A DNA stretch of 64,000 bases, taken from NCBI GenBank assembly GCA_009859145.1, contig VRVR01000034.1, forward strand, positions 119,358 to 183,357. Direction: 5' to 3'. Shown in pieces: positions 31,347 to 41,030 of this stretch. A program made the position numbers and the translations under genes. The notes below the pieces were generated by a model that worked only from the letters and a program-made list of their open reading frames with translations, made no database searches and had not been told where the DNA came from. Source of the stretch: Andalucia godoyi And28 (Eukaryota; Protista; Jakobida). Each line of letters opens with the position of its first letter. Within the stretch, counting starts at the first letter, position 1.

Positions 31347-32779
31347 TGTATCGATGTATCGATGTATTTTTTAATACGTGTTTTTTCTTCTTCTTTTTTC
31401 ATTTTTATTTGAACTTTATCCCAAGCGATCGTATTGCGAGTGATTTCTGTCATCCCCGGCGCCCAAACAAGCAAAAGAATAGAAAAAGGAAAAAAAGAAG
31501 GGGGAAAAAAAAAAGTCGCTCGCCCAATCTTGTTCGTTTATTGTCCAGCTCCAACAAAGACGTATCACACGGGATTCAAGTAAAATTCTCGGTTCACAAA
31601 CAGTTTCGAACGACCGATCCTTGCAAAGGCTGTCCGAAGACCTCTGCAATCCATGCTGTTTCTGGCCTTGCTTCGACAGCATCTTCTGTGTTTTCTATCC
31701 TTTCTTTGCTCCCCCATGACGAATTCAGACCCCAAACAAACAAGACATGAATTAACAGAATTACGGTTTTTTTATTAAAAAAAAAGAAAGAATCGGCTGT
31801 ACAAGTACTGCTGAGCTGTCGGTCTAGAATGCAAAATGCGTTCGAAGACGGTTTCCTAGACGTGAATAGCATCAAATATCACGGATGCCCGCCATTCATC
31901 ATTGTGTCTTTCGGACAAGGTGCTTTTGCGCCCAGGGGCACACCACAATCCAACGGGACCATACCGTTCATCAGAGATTCCGAATATTCTATCTTAATTT
32001 GGAACAGCCCGACTTTGTTATAAGCTCATTGCAATGATACTCAACAAAAACGGAGTGCACATCTGTTCCGCCTTCGTCAGGCCCAGTTGTATTGTGGATC
32101 CGGCTTGGTGTCCTACCGGGGTCGAATGGATATTCTACGATGGAACGAATCGCAATGGAAACATGTTGGGTTACACGCTGACTAGTATCATCCTCCAAGC
32201 ACACGGAGACGGACGAGCAGTCAACAATCTGGACATCGGACTCTTGATGTACGCGAGGCAAGATTTATTTGATCCTGCGTCTGATCCTGGATTTTCGATG
32301 CTGTCACACAATGGCGGAAGCATTAGCCCCACTGTTATTGCTGCTGCGCAGTGCAAACTCGATTCGAGGCGTCAAAGGCTCCGGAAACGCACTGCGACTG
32401 CGGAAGACGGGACCGCACAGCATTCATAAGACGCAAGGATGGCGATTTCAAGTCCGGTGCAGAGCCGGGAAAAGAGTATGTGGAGATTGACTAGAATTGG
32501 CCTTGAAGAATGATCCTTGGAGTAGTGGAGAGGAAATGCGGGATAGAAAGAAGAAGAAAAGAAGAAGAAAAACCAAGGACACTCGGACTCGAGGCAGAGA
32601 AATTAGCATTCGCAATGAAACGGACAGAGAAGGCGCGCAGCGGGTACTCATGTGGACGGGTGGGTTATGTCAGGTTATGGAGACGCGGGCAAGCATCAAG
32701 TATCAAGCTATGGGTTCTCCAGTCTTTGGAGCATGCCTCAAAAAGATTTTTTTTTTTGATGCAGTTGAAGGATGTCGGC

Positions 32780-33140
32780 GAGCGCCTACAACGTACACTA
32801 GCCACGGATAATCATCGCTGATCACCCATAATCAATGTTGCAACCCAGCATGCATGGCATGATTGGGAAGGGGTAGGCCCCAACACGCCCCTCGGCGTGC
32901 GAGACGTTCCTAAGATAGACGTAGATGTTGAGCGCGCCGTTCCAATCGACACCTGCCGCCCCGCGAATTCGTGCGATTTGCAGAGCAGCCGCTGCTGGAA
33001 TTGATAATGGCCCCATGTCAACATCTGCCACGTCGTTGACGCCTTGGCGATCTTTCCTGGCGGCGGCCCAGCGTCGGTGGAGATTGTCACAGGTCTTGCG
33101 CAGCGTTGCGGGTGTGACGTGTATGGTGCGTTGCATGGAC
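32780..33140 (-). mobile_element. Copy C: multiply deleted Fanzor2 3' fragment with intact putative omegaRNA end
   Basis: Frames give LRKTCDNLHRR, MLTWGHYQFQQRLLCKSHEFAG and DWNGALNIY...RVGAYP, followed by the hairpin and AGTGTACGTTGTAGG. Confidence 0.85.
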
Positions 33141-33522
33141 AATAAAAATTAAAAAAAAATAATAAGAAATGAGCGTCGCTGTGCGAGAATGCAACGCGGC
33201 GGCGTGTTTATATAGGGATTTCATGATCAAAATGGGGGCGAAACGAATCAGGCATCGTGCGACGGAGCTGTTAAGATAGCAATCGCATGCGCATGCGCAT
33301 GGCGCGTGGCAGTGTTTTTGTGCTTTACGTGCGCTTTAGATTGCTTCATCATATCGCAGTGAGTGGCAGCGGTTTCTTGTTCGGGTTTTTTTTCCTTTTT
33401 TTCCCCCCTTTTTCTTTTGGTCCTCATCATCTTCATCTTTGCCTTCGTTCCCATAGTTGGTATAGTGAATTTGTGCTACAAGATTCTTTTAATTCTTAGA
33501 ATACTACTGATTTGCGATCACC

Positions 33523-34059
33523 ATGTTTCAGCGAGCGTCGACCATTTTTCGGCCTGTGCTTTGCCGAGCCTTCTCTTCGGGAGCGACAGTGCCCAACGTC
33601 GCGGCAAAAGCGAGATCGCGTCGGATTCTGTATATTTCCGCTGCAGTTTTTGGACTCGGCGCTGGGGGACTCCTTCTTGCAAACTCGTTTCAAGACAGTT
33701 TAATGTTCTATATGACTCCGCAACAGGCAATGGAGGCCGATCCCCCCGTTGCGCCCAACAAAAAGCTGCGTCTTGGCGGTCTTGTGGTACCTGGATCTGT
33801 ATCGCATGATAAGAAGTCCATGTCCATTCAGTTTGATGTGAGCGATTACTCCGCATACTCTATCCGGGTGTCATACATGGGAATGCTTCCAGATTTGTTC
33901 AGAGAAGGGCAGGGCGTTGTTGCAGAAGGATTTCTCGACAAGAGCACTTCGTCTTTTCGTGCAACGGAGGTGCTGGCGAAACACGACGAGAACTATGCGC
34001 CAAAGGGTATCAAAGAATCGATGGAATCGAACCGCAATCGTGCAGAATCAAAGATCTAA
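33523..34059 (+). CDS. ccmE: Cytochrome c maturation heme chaperone CcmE (System I), mitochondrion-targeted
   Basis: FYMTP, LRLGGLVVPGSV, YMGMLPDLFREGQGVVAEG, and EVLAKHDENY (covalent heme HxxxY motif). Presequence MFQRASTIFRPVLCRAFSS, followed by one TM. Confidence 0.95.
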   Translation: MFQRASTIFRPVLCRAFSSGATVPNVAAKARSRRILYISAAVFGLGAGGLLLANSFQDSLMFYMTPQQAMEADPPVAPNKKLRLGGLVVPGSVSHDKKSMSIQFDVSDYSAYSIRVSYMGMLPDLFREGQGVVAEGFLDKSTSSFRATEVLAKHDENYAPKGIKESMESNRNRAESKI

Positions 34060-34194
34060 GGAATTGCTGAATGTCCAGTTATTTGATTTTATGTCGATAT
34101 GAATCCATGTACACTCGGTGAAACCTTCTCTTCGTGTTTTAATGTTTACGTCTCCTTTATCCTCTCTTTTTAATTATGTACCATGGGGGAGTGC

Positions 34195-35813
34195 TCACTG
34201 TGCAGTCTTTGAAATTCTTCGTTTTTGGATTCGAATGTTACCGAAGCCCGGAATGCTGTTGTTTGGGGATGTTGGCGGCGCGCTGCTACCGATATTTTGG
34301 ACATTCATTGTTGCGAATATGGATCCGAGCATCTTCTGAACTTGTGGAGATCGCTGTTCGTCCCTTGACTTCCTTCGGATGGCGAGCAGCTGATCCATGA
34401 GGGTTGGCGAGCGAACGACGACTGCAGATGCTGGGGAATGCATGATGGAGGACGAAGACGAAGACGAGGATGCGGAGGGAAGTGGGGACGTTGCAGGACC
34501 ACCCTTGGCTGACTCTTGAGATCTCGTCGCTGCCGGTGGCCGGTTTGCATACGATAGCTTCGTGGGTCCTCTTTCTTGATTGGTGCTACTCATAAACTGT
34601 TCTGAAAGGGCGTTCTTTTTGAGCACTCCTTTGGTTAGTACCGCAGTGCGAATCTTCTCCCATCGCCGTCTCGCCGGAGTCACCAGCGGATGAGAAAAAG
34701 AAACACGAAGCTGAGTCGAATCGTCAGATAAACTTGTGCTGTGGCTGGATCGCCTCGACAAAATCGGGTGGTTGGAATACCCAGTGGACCGATTCGATGA
34801 TGCTGAGCTGGAACCGAGACTGCATGCAGATTCTATACTGGAGAACGAAGAGCGACGTCCATCACGATTTTCCGCGGAATGCCGTTGATTGCACAGTTCC
34901 ACGTGCAAGGATGGTGTAACCGAAGAAGTCGATGGAGACGAAATGTGATGCTTCTGGCGGTCTCCACTAGCTGTCGCTTCGAAAGTGACTGCAGACAAAG
35001 AGGGATGTTTTGAGGTTAGTGATCGTTTCGATTTCTTTCTTGGAAAAACGCAAGTGTTGTAGATTGTGGTTGCATACCGTTTGTCGTTCTTCCTGCATAG
35101 TCACTTGGATGCTGCGAGTTCGTAAAGTACGTGTCCGGATGCAGCTGCATGTCGCGACGTATCTGTGCCAAGGAAAGGATGTGGTGCGGTGCGAGAACAC
35201 TGCTTGCGGAAAGGAAGCCCATTTCCGTGAATTCTTCCAGGAAACACTGAATAAGAGTACGAGAAACCATCTCAGACACCAGCTTGATATTATCACAGAA
35301 TCTTCTCATGAACAGCAGCGATAAGAGCATTTTGGTGTCCACCTGGGTTGGGATGCTATTGCACGGAATCGAAAATCGAATGTCATTTTCGTAGCCGCCT
35401 GGTCGATGTACAACAACGTCCCCTGCAGGACAGAATATCAACAGATGCGTGTTGTCTGAAAAGAACCTGGCTTCGCAGGTCCCAGAACTGTATAGCGAAA
35501 ATATCGCATCTGCGTTTTCGTGTTGACAGAACAGAGATCCGAACGCAGAAGTGTTCGCATGTGGACTGCTGGACGGAACCGGAGAATCTGGTTGTCGAGA
35601 TATGATCGAACCTGTTGTCGGAGGCACTGATCCGCTTTTCAGTGGACTCCTCGGAGGGAGAGCATGCGAAAGAACAAGATTCAAAACATCTTTGCGTGCG
35701 ACGGCGCGAGGCTCCGATTCCAAACGTCTTCGCCGAGCTTCGTCTAAAACAGCGTTGAGCGCCTTGATTCGGCGATCGTCGAGACGTGCTTGCGGTGATT
35801 TCGTCGTCACCAT
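34195..35813 (-). CDS. Two-exon hypothetical protein (exons 35813-35078 and 34988-34195); weak C5orf34-like segment
   Basis: An 89-nt intron at 35077-34989 (GTATGC donor, CACTAAC branch point, CTGCAG acceptor) joins the two track ORFs in frame (RTTN-V-TFEAT). SLYSSGTCEARF resembles the C5orf34 N-terminus only weakly. Confidence 0.6.
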
Positions 35814-36237
35814 GGCCTCCCTCGACGATGAGAGCTTGTGAAAGTTGATTTCTTTTTTATTTCTTTATAATTTTTTCTCTTTTATTTCATTTTTTCAACA
35901 AAAAAATAATAATAATAATATATATGAAAGAAAAAATAGACAATAGACTCTCCGCTGTTTTTGGCAGCTGTCACAACGGAGAAACCGCTTCTTCTCTCCC
36001 TGTCGTACCGTTCTGTCGTTGGTCTGTACAGCAGATCCCACTCTTTTTCGGGCCTTCCCTCGGTGATTCGACCAGATTCGATCCTCCGCAGCATCCAGAA
36101 GATTCGTGCAAAACGTGCATGAGCGGGTTGCTCGCTGCCATTCACAACGGAAAAGTAATAAAGGAAAGGGGCGGGGAGAAAAAGCGGTTTCTGAAAGGAA
36201 GACGTTTTTTTTTTGTTGAAGGGGAGAATAATAGCAC

Positions 36238-37920
36238 ATGGGAGCAGGGTGTGGCAAAGGAAAGTCGAAGAGCGCTGATAGCGATGAGCGCATTGTACCT
36301 GCTGCAACAACGACACAGAAGAGTGAGCAAGTATCTGTTGATTCATCTCGGTTGAAGATAGCTTGCTTGCAAAAATCAGTATGGGTTCAATGCGTCCAAG
36401 ATAACCACGTGAGCGGTAACCTCGACTATGGCGCTCACTTCGGATATTCCCACGATTCAGTACTCGGGTGGAAACCGTGCTTCGTCACCGAGGCTCCGTT
36501 GGTATGTCCGCAGTTCCTTTTACAGTTTCAGAATCTGGATCATGAAATCGATAATTGTCAGATGCTGCCGCTTTCTGTTTGTTTGCGGGGCCCCTGTGTA
36601 GAGCATTTGCAGAATATATGCATGTTGGTCAGTGCCGTTCCCAGCACAACAGCTTCGCGATCTGTCCTCGAGCATCCTCAAAGGATTCCTCAAAACCCAT
36701 TCGGGCAGCAGGTCATGGCCAGCAACTTTGATCGGCTGGAAATGCGCTGTGAGGTGAACGTCAGCAAACTGGTGGAATCCGCCGTGCACATTGCAATTTA
36801 CGCTTCTCCTGCTGCATCCTTATCTTCTGCGCTTTCGTCAGATCCAAAGACTCGCAGAGAATCCGCGTTTGTGAACGTATTTGCGTCACGGCCTTTTCAA
36901 GTTTGCCAAATTCCTGCCTTCTTAGCAGGCGAAGTTTCCGAAGAGAGGACGTCGGAAATTCTTGACAGCAGTCAGCCTGCGGCGTTTGTCCTGCACAGAT
37001 TTCCTCTGTTTCAGTTAAGGATCGCTCCTGCATCGATTGCCGGGATCCAGAACTTTGCAGATTTCATGAAAACTGAGACGGGGCTGCTTTTGTGTGCACA
37101 ATCAAAAGGAAACTGCCTTTCGTTGGTCATGATAAAGCCGCTGCATCCATCTATCGATGGAGTATTGGATTGCTTGATGCAGCAGACCGAATTTCCGGAC
37201 TCTTCCACCGGCAATGAAGTCACCACAATTTGGAAAAAACAAGAAACTCTTCAGAGCCTTGTAGAAGGCAGTTTGTTTGTGCTCGCACTGCCTTGTTCAT
37301 TCTTGACACCACATGAATCGGCTGTTAAGATGCAAGTCTTTATGGAGCCGGTGTTTGAGAATCGTAGATTGTCGGTGATTGCGAACAGCATGGGGCAGTG
37401 GCGATTCAGCGAAGAAACACTCTCGTTCTCCTTGCCGTTCAAATTGAACATTGATACCAGATGGGAAGATTCATTGCAATTCGACATTTTTTTCACTGTT
37501 GATCAAGCTAGTCTTTGGGTCGTTCTGGAAAGCATGGTGCTGCCGCATCTCCACGCTGTTTATGTGATTCAGCTTCCAGAATTGCAAGGAAAACGGATTC
37601 ATAACATTATGGACTTTCCGTTCGGCTACGCGCAACAGTCGTTGGAGATTCATCACACAAGAAGACGAACAGAGACTTTTAAGCTCTTGCGTCTGCAGAA
37701 TGTCCCTTCAGTTCGGTTGTTCATTCCTTTGCCAAAAAGTATTGGAGAAGAAGCGAGGCGATTAACTCTCAGACTCGTTGGTACGCTGCTGGACACTCAA
37801 CAAACCATGGTGTCTTTAAATCCCCACATCACGGCTGTGGGGCATCACAACTGCAAAGATGTTCCGTATTTTAATGGCGTTGGTCTTGCGAAAAGCTCCT
37901 TGACGCATGAGTGTATTTGA
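36238..37920 (+). CDS. Hypothetical protein with predicted N-myristoylation/palmitoylation
   Basis: 560-aa ORF starting MGAGCGKGKS; no family recognised. Confidence 0.6.
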   Translation: MGAGCGKGKSKSADSDERIVPAATTTQKSEQVSVDSSRLKIACLQKSVWVQCVQDNHVSGNLDYGAHFGYSHDSVLGWKPCFVTEAPLVCPQFLLQFQNLDHEIDNCQMLPLSVCLRGPCVEHLQNICMLVSAVPSTTASRSVLEHPQRIPQNPFGQQVMASNFDRLEMRCEVNVSKLVESAVHIAIYASPAASLSSALSSDPKTRRESAFVNVFASRPFQVCQIPAFLAGEVSEERTSEILDSSQPAAFVLHRFPLFQLRIAPASIAGIQNFADFMKTETGLLLCAQSKGNCLSLVMIKPLHPSIDGVLDCLMQQTEFPDSSTGNEVTTIWKKQETLQSLVEGSLFVLALPCSFLTPHESAVKMQVFMEPVFENRRLSVIANSMGQWRFSEETLSFSLPFKLNIDTRWEDSLQFDIFFTVDQASLWVVLESMVLPHLHAVYVIQLPELQGKRIHNIMDFPFGYAQQSLEIHHTRRRTETFKLLRLQNVPSVRLFIPLPKSIGEEARRLTLRLVGTLLDTQQTMVSLNPHITAVGHHNCKDVPYFNGVGLAKSSLTHECI

Positions 37921-38194
37921 CTCGTTCAGAAACGCACTTGTTTTTCCTTTTGCTCTTAAGAAGTCCGCCAGCGTCGTCCCATAAACTCATGCACCCCAAG
38001 GATAAAATATCCCAAGAACCGCGTACAGGTGCTGATACACATTGTTTTTGATCTGCGCAATTTTTTTCTCAGGAAGATGGCAAAACTGCTGGTGTCCTGC
38101 GGCGGTTTGCTGGTGGGGACATTCGCTGGATGCGCAGTCACTGCTGTCGTACGGAGCAGCGCGTACGCGGGGCAACTGTCGGCTGGTGTGACTG

Positions 38195-38249
38195 GATTTC
38201 CGTTTTCTGATTTCCGTTTTCTGATTTCCGTTTTCTGATTTCCGTTTCT
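38195..38249. repeat. 14-bp tandem repeat GATTTCCGTTTTCT, about 4 units
   Basis: Three exact units and one with a 1-nt deletion, ending 25 nt before the ATG at 38274. Confidence 0.9.
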
Positions 38250-38273
38250 GCAAGGTGCAGACAATTGCTCATC

Positions 38274-38915
38274 ATGCCCGCATCCGTAGATCAGGCGTTG
38301 CTGCATAAGGCATCTGGCCAATTTGATCTTCTCCAAGTGCGTCACCTTGATCTTCGATGTTGCGGACTTTCGGACCTCGATGGGTTGAAGCTTGTTCCCA
38401 ACTTGGTTTCGCTTAATGTCTCGGGCAACGCACTGTCATCTTTGGAGTCTGTCCGTTGTCTATCGCACCTCCAAGTTCTCGATGCATCTTCCAATAGCAT
38501 TACAAGCACAAAAGGACTGGGCACACTGGACTGCTTAAAGGTTATCAAGCTATCCAACAATGCAATCAAGATGTTTGATGATGTCTCGGATTTAGTCCGC
38601 ATTCCATACATTCGGTCCCTGTCTCTTGCAGAAAATCCGATTTGCAGATCTGAGAAGTACGTCATGCAGATTACTCGACTGCTCCCTCAACTTCGAACAT
38701 TGGACGGACATCGCTGTGATCTTCCTGCCGAGTTTGAAGACGAAGGTCCTTCTATCGAAAGCCTTATCCCGCCGAAAAAGGACTGGGGATCCGAGTTCTC
38801 GTTCAGCATGCAGTTCCCGCCTTCCAAAGCCGACTTGTCTGCAAAGGTATTTCATGACACGCTGAAAGATTGCCAAAAACTATGCAGAACCGCGGACGCC
38901 CTTTTGAATCAGTAG
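38274..38915 (+). CDS. LRRC61: Leucine-rich repeat protein, LRRC61-like
   Basis: LLHKASGQFDL...LDLRCCGL, SDS22-type LRRs, NPIC...LLPQLRTLDG cap, and C-terminal FHDTLKDCQKL. Confidence 0.7.
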   Translation: MPASVDQALLHKASGQFDLLQVRHLDLRCCGLSDLDGLKLVPNLVSLNVSGNALSSLESVRCLSHLQVLDASSNSITSTKGLGTLDCLKVIKLSNNAIKMFDDVSDLVRIPYIRSLSLAENPICRSEKYVMQITRLLPQLRTLDGHRCDLPAEFEDEGPSIESLIPPKKDWGSEFSFSMQFPPSKADLSAKVFHDTLKDCQKLCRTADALLNQ

Positions 38916-39762
38916 TGAAAAACCCACACACGCACAGATACACACAAACGCCCACGCACACACATTTTTTGGCTCATGCATGGGGGGTGTTCGTGATTAT
39001 CGCACGATCCTTTATCTACTATACAAGTAGTGGCTTTCTGGTGTTATTATTTCATGTGCCAGTACTTTCTGCTGGGATTGCAGCGCAAGCTTTCTTCGTT
39101 TTCGTTTTTATGCTGTTGAAAGTAGTTCTGTCACCATGAGAGATGGGTTGTAAAAACTGGATCGACGATTGACAGCTATGTGTATCATGATTGCTGAACA
39201 TCCCAGCTATACGATTTTCTTACCGTCGTCAAGTCTAGAATTTCTTCATTCTTCACTTTCTATTCCTTCAATTATTCTTTCTGTTTGTTTGGTTTTTTAA
39301 TAATCGAACCCTCAAGCAGCACCTTTCATCAGAGACAAAACATCCCATGGCTCCAAAGGAGGATCTTCCCAACAAACTCAAACCGGCCATGCCCGCAGAT
39401 GCCGAGAACCAAGATACTCGTGGTTGTGACGACCCTTTGATGCAGAGCAATCTGCATTGAAGAGTTGGTGCTCGCCCCCAAATAAAAACAAAGCACACGG
39501 CTTGGATCTGTCTTTGGAGACAACTTAGCCCGATGACCAATAACGATTCGTGTTTTTGGCAAGTGGTGGATAAAATAGGACAATTCCCGCTGTACGATTA
39601 TATCCACGACGTTTATTCCGCTCCTCCCTCCCGTATGTCTGGAAAAAAAAGCAGGACTTTTTTTGCAGTGTCCGTCGATTCTGTTGCTACGTGTGCGTTT
39701 ACTGGTTTTTCATTGCATTTCCCTGCAGCATCCGCCGGGTGCATATCAAAAAGTCGTGCAAC

Positions 39763-40806
39763 ATGTTGCTGCGGAAAATGAGAATCCAGAAAGAGTCTGT
39801 CATTTCTGCACTTCTGGGACAGTTTCTTTCTCTGATGATTGTAGGAACGGGTGTGTTTTCAACGTATCTGGCGGATAAGGGCGTCGTCATTCCTACAACG
39901 CAGTCTTTTTTCCTGTATTTCCTGCTCGCTGTGGTTTACGGATCCTGGTTTTTTCTCTACAAGAAACAAAAATTGCAATTGGCATGGTACAAGTACGTTC
40001 CGATGGCGCTTGCAGACGTGGAGGCAAACTATTTTGTCGTCAAAGCATATGCCTACACATCGATTGTTTCCATTATGCTTTTGGATTGCCTGACGATTCC
40101 CTTTGTGATGATCCTGTCTGTTATGTTTCTGAAAACTAAATATTCATGGAAGCACTTGCTGGTCGTGCTCTACACCATCAGCGGCGCGATTTTACTGGTG
40201 TTCACTGATTTCATGGATGAGAACGGCGACGAATCGAACAGTTCAGATGCCTGGATCGGCGACTTACTCTGCGTCGCATCCTCTTTGTGTTACGCCATTA
40301 GCAACGTTTTCCAAGAATCAGTTGTGAAGGAGTACGAGAGAAGCGAGTTTTTGTCGATGATTGGGGCGTTTGGAAGCGTGATCAGTATCTGCCAAATTGC
40401 GATTCTCGAACGAGAGGGGCTTTCAATTTTTGTTTCTGGGACGTGGATGCTGATACTCGGCTTCGTCTTCTGTATGTTCATGTTGTATTCGTTTGCACCT
40501 GTGTTGATTCAAATGGAATCCGCAACATTCTTCAACTTGTCTCTGTTGACTGCCGATGCATTGGCGTTGGTCGTCGGCATCTTCTTGTTTGACGACAGGC
40601 TTTCAAACTTGTTTTGGCTCGCAATGGCTATCATCCTGAGCGGAATCACATTGTATAATCTTTTACCTGAAGTTAAGCCAAAGGAGCCTCGCAGAGAGTT
40701 GATGATCGACGACGACGATGCATGGGCCAATGAGGACGAAAACGCAGATATCAGGCTGATTCCGCACGGCGATAGTGCATCATCTGTGTTATCAGATGAT
40801 GCGTGA
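39763..40806 (+). CDS. SLC35F1/F2-like drug/metabolite transporter
   Basis: LLGQFLSL, PTTQSF, LADVEANYFVVKAYAYTSIVSIMLLDC, GDLLC, YAISNVFQE, SATFFNLSLLTAD. Confidence 0.9.
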   Translation: MLLRKMRIQKESVISALLGQFLSLMIVGTGVFSTYLADKGVVIPTTQSFFLYFLLAVVYGSWFFLYKKQKLQLAWYKYVPMALADVEANYFVVKAYAYTSIVSIMLLDCLTIPFVMILSVMFLKTKYSWKHLLVVLYTISGAILLVFTDFMDENGDESNSSDAWIGDLLCVASSLCYAISNVFQESVVKEYERSEFLSMIGAFGSVISICQIAILEREGLSIFVSGTWMLILGFVFCMFMLYSFAPVLIQMESATFFNLSLLTADALALVVGIFLFDDRLSNLFWLAMAIILSGITLYNLLPEVKPKEPRRELMIDDDDAWANEDENADIRLIPHGDSASSVLSDDA

Positions 40807-41030
40807 TGGAAATTGATCTCGCTCTTGCTCATTTATTTCACCGCAAACGCTTTGCAAGAACAGGACACGAGCGTGGCAAGGCAACGCTTGTAACTCCTCG
40901 CAGTAGGGCCCTGCAACAGATGCGTGATGATCGCATCTGGTAACGTGTGCGTTCCTGCATTTCCGGAAACAGCGGAATGAGATCCTTGTCGGAAATGCAC
41001 ACGCTGCAAAAAGAGAGAAACAGTGTTTGG

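Noticed and set aside
38195-38249. CRISPR-like array
   Set aside because: Repeats are contiguous with no spacers, only 14 bp long, in a eukaryotic context with no cas genes.
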